Source of the DNA: Monocercomonoides exilis PA203
Lineage: Eukaryota; Protista; Preaxostyla
Reading direction: 5' to 3'
Assembly: GCA_001643675.2 (NCBI GenBank)
Contig: LSRY02000007.1
Span: 1,488,001-1,552,000, forward strand
Length of the DNA stretch: 64,000 bases
How positions within the stretch are numbered: the stretch's first letter is position 1; each line of letters opens with the position of its first letter. The notes beneath the pieces were generated by a model. The model was not told where the DNA came from, made no database searches, and was given only the letters and a program-made list of their open reading frames with translations. This document shows positions 25,301 through 35,961 of this stretch, in pieces. A program made the translations under genes and the position numbers.

Positions 25301-27253
25301 AGATGGGATGGATCTCTTGTTGATGTTGTGAAGAGTTCTGTTTTGATGAAAGACATAACAATATCGAATTCACCAGAAGGTGGAATAACAATGAGTGGAG
25401 GGGAAATGACTGTTAATGAGGGAAGATTTGAGAACAATAATCCATCCATTGAAGGATATCCATCACTGAGAAGGAATATCATCTGTTCAGACTCAGGAAC
25501 ATTGAATGTGATGAGTTTGAAAGGAGGAGATGGATGGAAGGATAATACTTCTTTTTGGATGTTGAATGAAGGATGCAGTTTTGAAGGGATAGCTTCAGAA
25601 AGGGATTCATCATTTTTCATTCCTGTATTAGAGAGTGTGGAAGCAAAAGAAGAAACAGATAGAATGAAACTGACATTCAAAGGGATGCTTCTTATTCCAT
25701 GTAATCTGTCATTCGCAGTTGTGAAGAGGAAAGGAGAAGAGAAAGAGATTGAACATTATGATTTTGATTCAAATGGGTTTTTATCCGAAAGAGAAGTTGA
25801 AGGGAGTGTGGCAAAAGATCTCATCAGCAGTTGTGGAAATGAAATAGAGGTGAGTGTTTCTATTTTGTTTGGAAACTCAAATTCTCCATCATCAACCAAT
25901 TCATTCATTTTGAAGAATGCGAGCATCACTCAGCCAAAAGGAGATGAAAGAATAACTGAAAGTGGGAACGAAGAAAAATCATCATGGGCATTGATTGTGA
26001 TTGTGATATTTGCAATAATGTTTTTGATTGTTCTGATTGTATCAATTATCTTCATTGTTCGATGGAGGAAGGTGAAGAATGAAGCAGAAGATCTGAGAGA
26101 GATTGTGAATGACAACATCAGAAAAGATCCGAAAGCGTTTGAGATGGTGACAATGGAGATGTCTCCTGAGGAGCAGTGGATGAGAGCAGAGAGGGAAGGA
26201 GAGAAGAAGAACGAAGAAAGGATCAAGAAGAGGGTCTATGATTCGAATATGGAACATTCAGAGTCATCGGAGCATCTTCTATCTGAGAGTGGATCGACAG
26301 AATATATTTTGGGAAGAGATTCAGACAAGATCCCTGATTGGGTGTTGGAGAAGGTTGATGAGAAAGAAGGAGATGATGCTTCAAGAAAGAGATCGCCTTC
26401 ACCTTCCATTTCATCAACTTGTTCAACTGATTCAGATTCAACTTTTGTTCGTGGAGAAGATCTGTGCCCGACCACCTCATCGATGTCGAATCTGGTGGAT
26501 GCAATGGCCTGCTCATCGCCTCATGAGAAACTGATTGTGGATCTGCGAGATTCTCTGTTCATGTTGTTGCACGGAAGGAACGAGAAGAAGGAGATGGCGA
26601 TAGGCACATTGACTGAGAGAGAGCACACAGCTGCACAGGTGTTGTTTTGGGTGGCGAATGGGGCTCTCCATTCATTTGATGAGATGGAAAACCCACTTCA
26701 GACATTATCCAGTTTGAGTCCCCACATTGTATTGTTCTCTGAGCACATGGTCATCTGCATTGTCATGCATTCAGACTTCTTGTCTGATGATGATTCGGAT
26801 TCTTCTTCCATCTCATCTTCAACCATTGCGACATCTGCAAGTGATGATGAAAGTGACTCATTGCCCTCATCTGCGTTTGAGGACGAGGATGACAATTTCA
26901 AAAAAGAGTGTCTGAGATGGAAGGCGCCTGAGCTGCTGATGAACAAGAAGAGGGAAGCAACGAAGGAGTCGGTGGCATTCTCGATTGGGATGATGCTGTG
27001 GGAGTGCCTGACGCTTCATGTTCCGTTTGGGGAGTATGAGGCAGAAATTGCTGGACAGAAGATTGTGAATGGGGAGCGTCCGAATATTGGGGTTGTTGAG
27101 TGCGAGTGGGGAAGAGAGTTTGTGAAGAAGTGTGTGCTGGGGGATTTGACAGAGAGGCCGACGCTGACAGATGTGAAGCGGTGGCTGATTGGGCACTTTC
27201 CAGAAGAAGCAATAATTGTGACAGCAACAGATGCAATATTCACCGAAGACTGA
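19340..27253 (+). CDS. Giant intronless single-pass receptor A: beta-helix (GGA[I/L]/FxxN, CG..PC) ectodomain, TM helix, degenerate TKL-like pseudokinase
   Basis: 2637 aa ORF with an N-terminal signal-like stretch, repeated GGALY/GRGG..F..N.A..G.D and CG....PC motifs, TM at about 25985-26059, and C-lobe remnants RWKAPEL, FSIGMMLWE and RP. No GxGxxG, HRD or DFG. Confidence 0.85.
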   Translation: MVRRSTSAKAAFNIAALLLLCVRCLNVEGNVNAQILQKRSEEIRNSMLSNAHENAKRNNNFSIQRETIGSAADNCICCVQTSLKIINSSLCVSHLTMAPLRECTLLTSHHHSSTTIRSTTCQIHSRHNHKHHPLFLSAHSYLALTNFSLQIPQPAFLSFPLFSFPPNSLSSAHSPIPSFFSISHSSFSSFISLIQPFLFSPSSISPSSSLIHLHLSHTLFTNITAAPQSTHTIPAIHTHSHNSFTATTTTNSNTNTHANTHIIPSFSLHFSLSVHSSIFLHTHNPIDGAILPNLNSPSTSLSAFNSSFLHQTRSSPNDLIKCNGSEAQKLKLERNSSFNLNSYLFEWCEWENTTGGSNHGGALYVVCSNANLTITSCSFSKCASNDHGGALYSEWLLNVNIAKSNFTNCSAARGGAAYIGYPQSNSVRAFSENRVESCKITSSIGTGWFFGLNYNPTTVQFQFSKSKCISNSGGDSAGSLTLNNPPSSKPIQFSIVENQFINNMLNASSSFGGAAIYCYATYSWMNGIKFITFCFFDGNTATNGRGNDVFFNGSDITQSPFENCGSTTPSKRVWNAGTADNANFNGWLPFVMPNKIVANSGSDIDACGEANKPCATIEYALYGFGFFKEASLILLHSTFTPTQTLTFNAPNTIITGNGTTAPTIASSGIPQPTSSSSPSSSTSSSPDPSASSALFQQTQGSLTVSALAIAHNSTNTITPILFHLSDNSPSLNLNTTTITGTTSITIKTPLFFLTAGSLALNHTAITSLTLSSQSIFHLTSLTNPLTINSSNITHITSTATPASCVLSSATSPALSLSLTNCTMTNINSEQLNQQTATDGGCISFASSASDNTFSVSNTIFSSCCVSEDTNSGGRGGALMIEFNEGSQLSESSFSVTNVMFSGNKASVGRDMYFVCESFVASVKEPLFAFMKSITQKDNSIVGHDRTEEFGDWDVDLFIFLDGYKADKVFIDGTSGIEVLYCGIEKVPCKSVDYGAGHLKRAQNIIEEIVVCSKSTVAGCLDVGRVLIKAKTETIVEIECQREASGSEESILKTESLTEMEFIGIVVPSNFERTITSVIGSSTQNGELHMKNCMMSVVGGKENTIEFSLIKSTGKMVELEFVTISEVKSSVSLFSFSLFSSNVNEGESEEKCKVKLLNCSMEGCSFAERSFGESPLMISSSVLFENSNFSNIENTGSGEGGVARVTLINDEVLVIKSTNASSCSLSSNNGKGGFLYLDCQNCLEEKPFLLETASFMNNKASIGKNVFILGKDLNSSVTNNSFKFDYSSMINDSNLFVGGDSFHSNKDLFMFLVPYSSFEIFISSSGFDVARCGSEEEPCKTVWKGMENMEKGTGNKTIQVEGSTVIRDSFSMSNYQIKKSVKMGEENVKATLNFEKAIGSQPEYFMVNDIHLELTNIQLKLSTGFDNSAKTMISNRKGELTITGCSFHSEAGVNNGFNCVFVDAVGGTVDVNDLTMESCNVGNSIFAIHDAGVSVHLVNVRVKSLNESGGCFLSIKKSEPGLKTNEGENEECENIEIDNSSFSGVKRSDNGASILESKSDKKICLVVNSSNITEDKAEISEKGGAIFFTLGASGSMKMVYSTISHCSCNDSTGRGGGVFLATKERGELYFSFVGMKFSANTASVGNDIFIECFNITSQINEMQFRFDLRENHYSRINAIYGRDSCDYSSDTDLIDFVTIHQGDTIIVSSVNGSNERQCGASTLPCYSVDYGLMHLTSDFMSVMIVVEESVIGDEINLKEMSLSSKSRENCEVEVKSGMTRTREALVMTTGTVSLVRVNFVFDSNFASTHDSLISPEGGILEVMNCLFTTKQLIEGVNAEFTNIQFHIIKMAKGELQLDGCSISNLILQKSSIYLSSSLPSVIYLFEIFNSTIKTSLIDINECGQLTIKDFNTENITVEGNGESLISCLSMKKTMQLTNCTIGGVGSKTKKGKLMKLENCLDVKTDSCIFDGSLKERNEKQLNIEEEKCRWDGSLVDVVKSSVLMKDITISNSPEGGITMSGGEMTVNEGRFENNNPSIEGYPSLRRNIICSDSGTLNVMSLKGGDGWKDNTSFWMLNEGCSFEGIASERDSSFFIPVLESVEAKEETDRMKLTFKGMLLIPCNLSFAVVKRKGEEKEIEHYDFDSNGFLSEREVEGSVAKDLISSCGNEIEVSVSILFGNSNSPSSTNSFILKNASITQPKGDERITESGNEEKSSWALIVIVIFAIMFLIVLIVSIIFIVRWRKVKNEAEDLREIVNDNIRKDPKAFEMVTMEMSPEEQWMRAEREGEKKNEERIKKRVYDSNMEHSESSEHLLSESGSTEYILGRDSDKIPDWVLEKVDEKEGDDASRKRSPSPSISSTCSTDSDSTFVRGEDLCPTTSSMSNLVDAMACSSPHEKLIVDLRDSLFMLLHGRNEKKEMAIGTLTEREHTAAQVLFWVANGALHSFDEMENPLQTLSSLSPHIVLFSEHMVICIVMHSDFLSDDDSDSSSISSSTIATSASDDESDSLPSSAFEDEDDNFKKECLRWKAPELLMNKKREATKESVAFSIGMMLWECLTLHVPFGEYEAEIAGQKIVNGERPNIGVVECEWGREFVKKCVLGDLTERPTLTDVKRWLIGHFPEEAIIVTATDAIFTED

Positions 27254-29369
27254 ATGGGGGCAGTGGATGAAGAAGGATGCGCATGAGGGAATGAAAATTA
27301 GATGAGCACGCGAATGCTTTGAACCATGTATTGGAACAGTCAAGAGTTGCAGAAAGCAGTGTTGAAAAGAAGCTGTCACTGTGCATGGAGAAGGGGAAGA
27401 GGAAAGAAAATGAAAGGCTGCTGGCTATAAAAAAAAAGAAAAGCATTGCACCACCACAAACACATCAATTTTGATTTTATTTTGGTTGTTGTTGTTGTAA
27501 TTCACATTTTTGTTTGTATTTTTGTCACCTGTCTGAAATCTGGAAGCCATTTCGAGTTTTCACATCGCCTCTTCATTTTGTTGATGCTTTTGTGATGCTG
27601 AGGGTTTCGAATGCCGATCAATCATGAGGAGTTTTCTTGCTAATGAGATGTTCTTTTGATGATTATATTGGCTGTTTGAATCCTTTTGTCACTTTTTGCA
27701 TCGATATTTGTGATCTCACTTGTCTTTTTGTTTGTTTGATTGATTGTTTCTTCACTATTTTTGCGTTTAATATTTTGTCACATAACAACTGTGTTTTGAG
27801 ATATGCTTCTTCAAATGTTTTGACAAATTATTTCTCTCGCTCACTTTTTCTTTTCTGAATGGTTGAATTGTTCATATTTTTTTGTTGTTTGTTTTGTTAT
27901 ATTTATATTTTTATTTGTATTTCTGATTTTTATGTGAGTAACTCATTTGTTGTTGTGCCTCACACATTGATTTTTCACAACACTTTTTATAGTCAGCAAT
28001 GGCCGCTTCATTTTCAGAAGGAAAAGCGATCATTGAAGCAGATAAAACACGACGAACGTGCTTTTTCAATGCTTGAAGAGGGTTCTTCTTTTTTTTTTTC
28101 TATCTGAGCATCTCGGATGATTGTTGTCAAAAGAAAAAATAAAGATGAAATGTTTAAATATCTTTTCAATATGGGAACCATCGTTGTGTTTCGAAATAAT
28201 TCAATTGTCAATAACTTTATGGAATCAACTGGCTCTCTCTTTTGTTCACAAGCATTTTAATTTGAAATTTTTTCATTTTTCATTGACTTTGAAATCATCT
28301 TTTTTAATCATTTTATTCGAATCAAAAATTCTTTCTTTTATTAATTTTCTTTCAATGCTTTCAACAATCTCTCAAACATCATCATGTTAGAATTATTCTC
28401 ATTTGTTTTGAAAAATAAATCTCTCATTCATAGAAATAATAAACTATTTTGGTATTTTATCTATTCATTAGAAATGAAAATTAGTAATTGTCAAACATTA
28501 TTCTCCTCAAAAAACATCCTCATTTCAAAAAAGATTCATATTTTTTATGTTTTTTTTATTGATTGTTGAACTTTGATTTCTCAAAATAAGCTGCTGATGG
28601 AAGCAAAGCACAATGCAACATCAGCTGTTCAACTCCTTCTTTTTCCTTTGTTTAAAGAAAATTAGAGGACGAAGAAGGACAAAACAAAGATAGCTGTAAC
28701 TTTTCTCGAAAAAATAGAAACTGAAGAACAACTTTAACCAGAAAAATTATGAAAAGGAAGATTCGACAGTTGGGAAAAAAAATGGAAATGTCAAAACTTG
28801 AATAAATCGCATCGAACATAAATTACATCGGTCGCAATAACATAATACTGTTCGCGAATAGTTACTAATTATTTCATTCATTTTTCGTCACACAATAACG
28901 TTGGAAGTGAATGGTGTAATTGCATTTTTTCGCATTTGTGGTTCTTTTTTTATTTAAAAAAAATCAACATTTTGAACAGAGATCTCTTCTTTTTCATTTT
29001 TTCATAAATATTCAGAAATTCTTTTTAAATATTTTCATTGCAATGATTGTAGATTTCAATTTTGAGAAACGAGTATATCAAAGAATTATGCAAAATTTTC
29101 AATATAAACTCCATAACTTTTTATTAATTAATCGCTTATCATATTGACTGTGTGAATCAAATCCCACCATCTTTGTAATCAGATGAAACACAATTTTTAT
29201 TTCAATTCACCAAATGATAAAGCAGACTAAACTGTTTTCAATCGCGTCAAGTTCCTTTCAATTTCATCAGAATATATCCGATTGTGATAATGAGCGATAT
29301 CACTTTGTTCATTGAAAAAAAGTAATTGATTAGACAAATAATATCTGGTTACACAGAGTTAATGTCAAA

Positions 29370-29925
29370 CTATCAAGCTTTTTTTTGTGCAAAGAATTAA
29401 ATTCTTGTTTCACTTATTATATCAATAAACCTTCTCAGATTTGTTTATAAAGTGCAATAACATATTTTTTAACATGTACAGTCATCGCAAAAAATACCGG
29501 ACAAGATCGATTGAACTATAACTGCATGAGGAATAATTCCGACAAATTTCATCAAAATATATCTTATCAATGCAAACTCAATTGATAAACGAGACTTTCA
29601 AAATGACTTCATTTGTGCTCAGAGAAAAAATTATTTTTGAAATCTCGGCAAAACTCAAAAACTGCTTTCTCCAAGATTTCAAAAATAATTTTTTTCTGAG
29701 CACAAATGAAGCCATTTTGAGAGTTTTGTATATCAAATGAGTTTTCATTGATGAGATATATTTTGAGGGAAATTGTCAGTGTTATTCCTCTTGCAGTTAT
29801 TGTTAAATCGATCTTGTCCTGTATTTTGTGCGATGTCCGGTATTTTATGCGATAACTGTATTAATTATTCAAAAACATTAAGTTTAGTGACCTCATGCGT
29901 ATCTCAAAAAATGAACCCATTTTGT
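29370..29925 (-). mobile_element. Decayed older repeat, interrupted by the foldback MITE; inverted homologue of about 31885-32065
   Basis: Both flanks of the MITE align by eye, in reverse complement, to sequence inside the 31690-32171 element. Confidence 0.55.
29479..29858. mobile_element. Foldback MITE, Tc1/mariner-like (family F1, older copy)
   Basis: TA|CAG...CTG|TA ends; the whole element is an imperfect hairpin; terminal ATCGCA-AAAATACCGGAC direct-repeat units, with one unit missing on the left; homologous to 50041-50436. Confidence 0.85.
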
Positions 29926-30029
29926 TGGTAATTTTTGTTAGCAATCAAATATTCGATATAGGAATGCGTTTTCATTATTTGATAAACATCATGAAAAACA
30001 AAATGAAACTAATGTTTAATTTTCGATTA

Positions 30030-30479
30030 CAGTCGAAACCGGATATAATCACGTCGAATATTATCACATTCGCCTATAGTCACATTTTTCGATGCACCGA
30101 CATTTTTGGCCAATTTTTCATTCATTTTCCATCGCATAAAATCACAGGGCTGAAATTATATTATCACATTTTTTATCGTAATGGGTGATTTTTTCATAGA
30201 AAAATTGATTTTTTGATCAAAAATAACAATTTTTCGCTTTTTCAAAAATGTTCTCAAATAAGTCAAAATAATGTGTATTTGTGATAAAAATTGTTCAAGC
30301 AAGTGAAAAAAGTGTATTTGTGTAGAATTTCCAAAAAGAAAAAAATCGTCCCAAAATTAATTAATTAACAAATTAATTTTTATTTTTTTCTGTGAAAAGC
30401 ATTATCGTGTATAATCACAATCGGATATAGTCACAAAAAGTTGTAAAAAAACCGATGTGATTATATCCGGTTAAGACTG
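30030..30479. mobile_element. pogo-like non-autonomous MITE
   Basis: TA flanks; 27 bp TIRs CAGTCGAAACCGGATATAATCACGTCG and CAGTCTTAACCGGATATAATCACATCG; subterminal TATA(A/G)TCAC repeats. Confidence 0.85.
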
Positions 30480-31689
30480 TATTGGAAAAATTGGTCTTTG
30501 AAAAATTATTTCCTATTTCAAGTTTGAACGGTTTTTTTTTTCATTTCGATTTTTTCCTCTTTTTTCCAACAACTCATCATATCGAAAAGTTTTTAATGTT
30601 TAAACCAGATATTAAAAAGATTCATATATCATTTTTTGAAATATGGGTGGTCATCAACAAAAATTTTACTTTTTTTTGTATTCATTCAATTTCAGTATGT
30701 GAAAACCCAAAGAAACAATTCAATAACAATATGTGAGTGAAAATTTTCATAATCACAACTATTTATGAGGTGATAATTATCAATTCCAAAAACTTTATGA
30801 CATTGACATGTTCTTTTTCATTCAAAAGAAAAATGAAAATCAATTGTTTTATTTGCCATTTATTGAGATGAGTTTTTGAAATTATTTAACGTGAAATTTG
30901 TGAAAACTTTTAATGCACATCAAAATTTGCTTTTTCAATTTTTTGAAAAGATATATTAATTGGTATTATTTTGAATTTTTTATTTGAAAACAATCACACA
31001 GATCCATCCTTCATTATTTTGTGATTTTTCTTTCTTTCTCAACAACAATGCATGCGTGTGATTATTTAAAATAATAAGAATTTTTTTCGGAGTGTTGATT
31101 TTTCAATAGTTTTATTTATATGGAGTAGAATTATTCATTCGAAAGAAAAAAGCATGACAAATTTTTGAAATAACGAAGCAAAAGATTGAAATCACTAAAA
31201 AAATCATGAAAGAAAAAAGTTTTGACATTTCAGTGCTTCAAATCAATATTCAAAGTTAATTCTCGAACAGAAAATTTTAAATGAAATTATATGGTTTCAA
31301 AAACAATGGCCCATATTCATTTATTTTAATTGCAAAACAAAAATATTCTCAAAAAAATATGGGTGATTATTTTTGAAATTATATCAATCTTCGGTGAAGA
31401 AAATTTTCTAACGTTGTTTGCATATGGGAGGAGGTTCAGAATTTCAATACGAAAAATTCACAGTTGTTTTATTAATAAATGTCTCAGCGGAAATAAAGTT
31501 GAAGATGCCTTTATTGAACCTTTTTTCTTTTCTGTGATCACTTATTGGCATTCAAGTGAATTTTTTGAACCAAAAATAATGAATGATAAAAAATGAATTC
31601 AATAATACTCTCCCATATTTATTTCATAAATAAAATGGTTGTTTAAAAAAATGATAAGAGGCTCTTGAAAATGTTACGATGACATTATG

Positions 31690-32171
31690 TGGCTGATCCT
31701 TTTTGAAATCACACTTTCGTTCGAGTTTTGATCAAAATTATAATCTCAATGGGATTTGTGACAAAATGAACTTTAAACTGAAAAAACATTTTGTAAATGA
31801 TATGGGACAAAAACTTTTTCCCTATGAATTTTCATTAAAATGTCTTGCACTTTTGATAAAATTAATGTGAACAAAATACATGAGAAAATTGGGTTCGTTT
31901 ATTGAAATGCATATGAGATCACAAAACTTCAGGTTATTATATCAATGATGTTTGCTTTCGGATACAAAAATCAAATTTCTTTTGACATCTGTGGTTGTTT
32001 GCTAAAGAAATGAGAGAAACAATAATCTATTTCTTCGTGCAAAAAAAAACTTGAAAACCCGACTTTTCCCCCAAATTAAAAAGCAAAACTAACACTTCAA
32101 TACAAATCCCATTGAGATTAAAACTTTAATAAAAACTCGAACGAAAGAATGATTTCAAAAAGGATCAGCCA
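31690..32171. mobile_element. MITE-like element with about 70 bp imperfect terminal inverted repeats
   Basis: TGGCTGATCCTTTTTGAAATCA..CTTTCGTTCGAGTTTT..TAATCTCAATGGGATTTGT at 31690-31759 and its reverse complement at about 32102-32171. Target-site duplication unclear. Confidence 0.7.
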
Positions 32172-33032
32172 TGTTATCTATTCTTGGAAAAATCCAAAAT
32201 TATAAAGTGTTACGCTCACATGTTAATTAGAATATTTCTCTTTCACAATCTTTTTCATCGAAACAGTTCTTCATCTTTTTTGTTTTTCAATTATTATTTT
32301 CTTTGAAAAAATTACAAAACGATGTTGTTATTTTTGTGATTTCAAATATGAAAATGTTTTGAAGAATTTTTTTTTATTTGTTGAAAAGCATATATTTAAA
32401 CATTTTGGGAAAAGATTGTTTTTTGGAATCAATGCTATTTTGAAGCATAATATATTTGATATTGAATTTGAATACTTTTTGATTTTTACGTGTCAAAAAC
32501 AAATCTCTCGGAATTATAAAAGAATTTTGCTAAGGACCTGCCATTCATTTTTATTGAAAATTCTGTTATAACAGAAAAATTTAACATTTTTCTTAGCATC
32601 ACTCACACAATTTTATGTATGTTGATTGATGTGCTATCAGAAATAAATTAATTTCCAAATTAAAAAGAACTGCCAAAAAAAAAAAAAAAAATACACAGTG
32701 AAAAAAACAGATTATTATAAGTTGAAAGCAATGGGAAAAATAAAATCAATAATTCTAACATGCATAATTAATGATATTAATAAAAAAAGATGATTTAAGT
32801 TAAAGAAAGGAATCAAAGTTAAGAGTGAGTGATATTGCAATTCATCCATAAAACAACTCGTTTCTATCAACGAGTTTACAAAAAGTGAAAGAACAAAGTC
32901 GCAAATAATTCTTTTTCTTAAAAAAGATTATAAAACCATTAAAAAAAAAAGTGCTAAAAATTGAAAATAAATAAAATCAAATAAAATCAAATAAAATATA
33001 AGAAACAATGCCACAGCAGCAGAGTGCGTATA

Positions 33033-35961
33033 TTAAGAGAAGAGAGAAAGAATTTCCTCACGAGGCGACGAAGACGGAAGAACATCAGAAAGGCGAGATG
33101 GAATCGGAGGAATTGAAGTCTGGGACGATGGAGAGAGAAGAAAAGAAGAAGAAGAAGAGGAGGAGGAAGTAGATGAAGATGACGAAGAAGAGGAAGAGGA
33201 AGAGGAGGAATGAGAAGCATGATGATTATGCGAAGAACGAGACGAGTGAGAAGAGCGGGAAGAGTGTCTGGAATGATGAGAATCTCTCACAGGAGTTTGA
33301 GTAGCAGAGGCAAAAGGAAGAGGCGGAGGAGGGGAAGAAGAAGAAGAAGAAGAAGAAGAATTGTCAAGGGATGTTGACAACACAGCAAAGGAAACAGGAG
33401 CAGGAGTTGAGTCAGAATGGATGCTTGGTGACTTGCTTGGATCATCAGAAAAAGAGAAGGAAGAAGAGGAAGAGGAAGAAGAAGATGATGATAGTGCAAA
33501 TGGAGCAGGGTTCAGCGAAAGAGAGGTGGCAGAAGCGACAGAAGGAGAATGAGAAGGAGACATCGAAAGAGAAGGAGAAGGCGACGGAGAAGGAGAATTA
33601 CTGCCAAAAGGGAAGGAATACACCGAGGAGGCGCGCGTGTGGACGAAGCCAGCGTCTATCAAAGGCGAATCCTCGTCGGAAGAGCTGTGTTCTGAGTGGT
33701 CTGAATGCTCTGAACTCGATCTGTGCTTCTTGCTCTTCTTCTTTCTGTCTTTGTCTTTGTCTTTCTCTCTATCTTTATCTCTTTCTCGATCTCTCTCTTT
33801 CTCTTTCTTTCTCTGCCTCTCTTTTTCCTTTTCTCTCTCTCTTCGTCTTCTACTTCGCTCTTCCAGCAGCTGTTCGTCAGGAGCTTGCGGATTGACAGAC
33901 AAAACAGCTCCGCTTTCTCTCTCTTTCTTTCGATCTCTGTCTCTGTCTCTGTCTCTTTCTTTGTCTTTATCCTTCTCCTTTTCTTTTTCTCTTTCTCTTT
34001 CTCTCTTCTCGCTTTCCGCTGTTTTATCCCTGTCCTGTTCTCTTGACGCCTTTCTCACCTTCACATCGTCTTTCCCTCTTTTTGTGCTTCCCTTTGCGCC
34101 TCTTCTGCTTCCTTCATCAGTCAACGAATCATCTCCTGTCTCATCCTCACTCACATGGCGTATGCCATCTTCATAGTCATCCACATCATCATCATCGTCA
34201 TCGTCATCACTACCTCCAGATTCATAAGCTCTATTTCTTATACTTCCTTTCCTTCCCCCATTGCCCTCTGTATCAAACCTCACTTTTCTCACTCTATCCT
34301 TGTCTCTCTCCGAATCTCCTATATTCAAGCTGTTCCGGGAGCTGTGGTGGCTTCTTCCTCCTCCTCCTCTGCTGCCTTCCTCTTTCCCTCTCTTCTGCAT
34401 CGGATGCGGTATTGCAGTCACAGCAGGAGACGACGTGGAAGAAGGAGGCGCCGAAAACAGCTCATCCACAAACGACGCTATTAGCTCAGGCGAAGGAGAG
34501 GGTGATGCAAGCGGAGTAGCAACAGATGATAATGAAGAAGAAGAAGTCGATGAAGATGATGAAAACGATGAGGTGGATGTTGACTGCAATAATCTAGGAG
34601 ATGGCTGAGGAGATGAAGCAGGCGAAGAATGGGGAGACTGATGGGAGGAGGTTACAACAGGCGTGTGGGAAGAGCGCACAGGTGTCTGTGTGGAGGAATA
34701 AACAATCAGCCCTGATGAACTCCCAGGGAATGCAGAAGCAGATGATGATGATGATAAGCCCTCTGAATGTGCATCTGGTGTGCTTGAGATGAGAGAGGCA
34801 GACGAGGAAGGCGTCAAAAGTGCTCGTGAACCAGACTTTGGTGTCGTTGAGGCTGGCGGCGATGGTGAAGACCTGGCGCACGGGAAATCTGCATCAAAGC
34901 TGATGAGAGGAGGAGATTCGGATCTCCGTGACTTTTCGCTTTTTCTCCGCTTCTTGTCTTCTTTCTCTTCTTTCTCACGCCTGTCTTTGTCTTTGTCTTC
35001 TCTTGATCGCTTCTCTTCTCGTTCGCGCTGTCTTCGGGCTTCCCGTTCCTTCTCCTTTCGCCTTCTCCGTTCTCTCCATTGCTCTTCTTCGTCTGTTTCG
35101 CTCGAAGACACACTGGCATCTCTTTTCTGTTTGGGCTTTTCCCTTTCAGAGCTTGTTTTGCTTGTCGAACTGTCTGAACTGTCATCTTTTCTATCTCTAT
35201 CTTTTTTCGAATCTTCCTTTCTTTTTTTGCGTTCTAATTCTTTTTCTTCGCATTTCAGTGGTAAACGTTCAAGAGGAGGATCAGTAGATATCAAAGGTTT
35301 CAAATAAGGCATAACAGGCAAAAGTGGCAATAAAGAATCATAACATTTAGGAAAAGGAATGTCTCTTCTGACCCAAACACGATCCACGTATTTATGACGA
35401 ATAAATTCCGTAAGTTTTCTTTAATAATTTCAAAAAATAATTATTATTATTAAAATTAAATCAATTATAAAATGTCAAATAAACCCTGTTTCTTTTGGGC
35501 GTACAAAAGGACGAGGAAGAGTTGCTTCCCAGATAGAGTTAGCTCTGTCATTTCCCATGTTCAACATGAACTTTGAAATAAAGAATTAATATAAATTTTT
35601 TTCAAAAAATAAATATAAGGATTGCTCAAAATCAAACATCGACTTGCTCTTGACTCCATTGATCCATTTTTGATGATTTAACTTTAGAGTACATTGTTCC
35701 TAATCCTCTATGAATCCCTGAGCAGTTGATGCATATAAAAATTCCCAAGTTTGTTGATGTCCACTCGGCACCTGATCCAAATAAAATACGGATAAATTAT
35801 TGCACATTCAAATGAAAAAAGTCTTTTATGGGGAAAGCAAAAATAACAAAGAATTAACCTCTGGATAGGCAATCAGCACAAAATTGATTTGGAGGTCTTT
35901 GCCTTTCTTCTTGAAGAATGGCGATAAGTTGTTCATTTGTCTTCCTTTTTGGTTTACTCAT
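33033..35961 (-). CDS. ArfGAP-domain protein (SMAP/AGFG-like N-terminal GAP) with long charged/Ser-rich tail; 4 exons
   Basis: Spliced NQFCADC..WTSTNLGIFICINCSGIHRGLG..SKVKS..DQW..MGNDRANSIWEA..FIRHKYVDR (C4 zinc finger plus Arg finger). Confidence 0.9.

Noticed and set aside
20400-25500. Bacterial Pmp/autotransporter gene (contamination or recent transfer)
   Set aside because: The GGA/FxxN repeats are fused to a TM helix and a eukaryotic kinase-like tail, there is no beta-barrel, and the locus is contiguous with spliced eukaryotic genes.
31100-31640. Weak inverted similarity and recurring AATATGGG/CCCATATT words
   Set aside because: Too short and AT-rich to distinguish from chance by eye.
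27300-32900. Possible transposase or other gene remnants in the AT-rich island
   Set aside because: No DDE, HTH, RT or other recognisable motif was found in the frames I could translate; only short Phe/Ile/Lys-rich ORFs.
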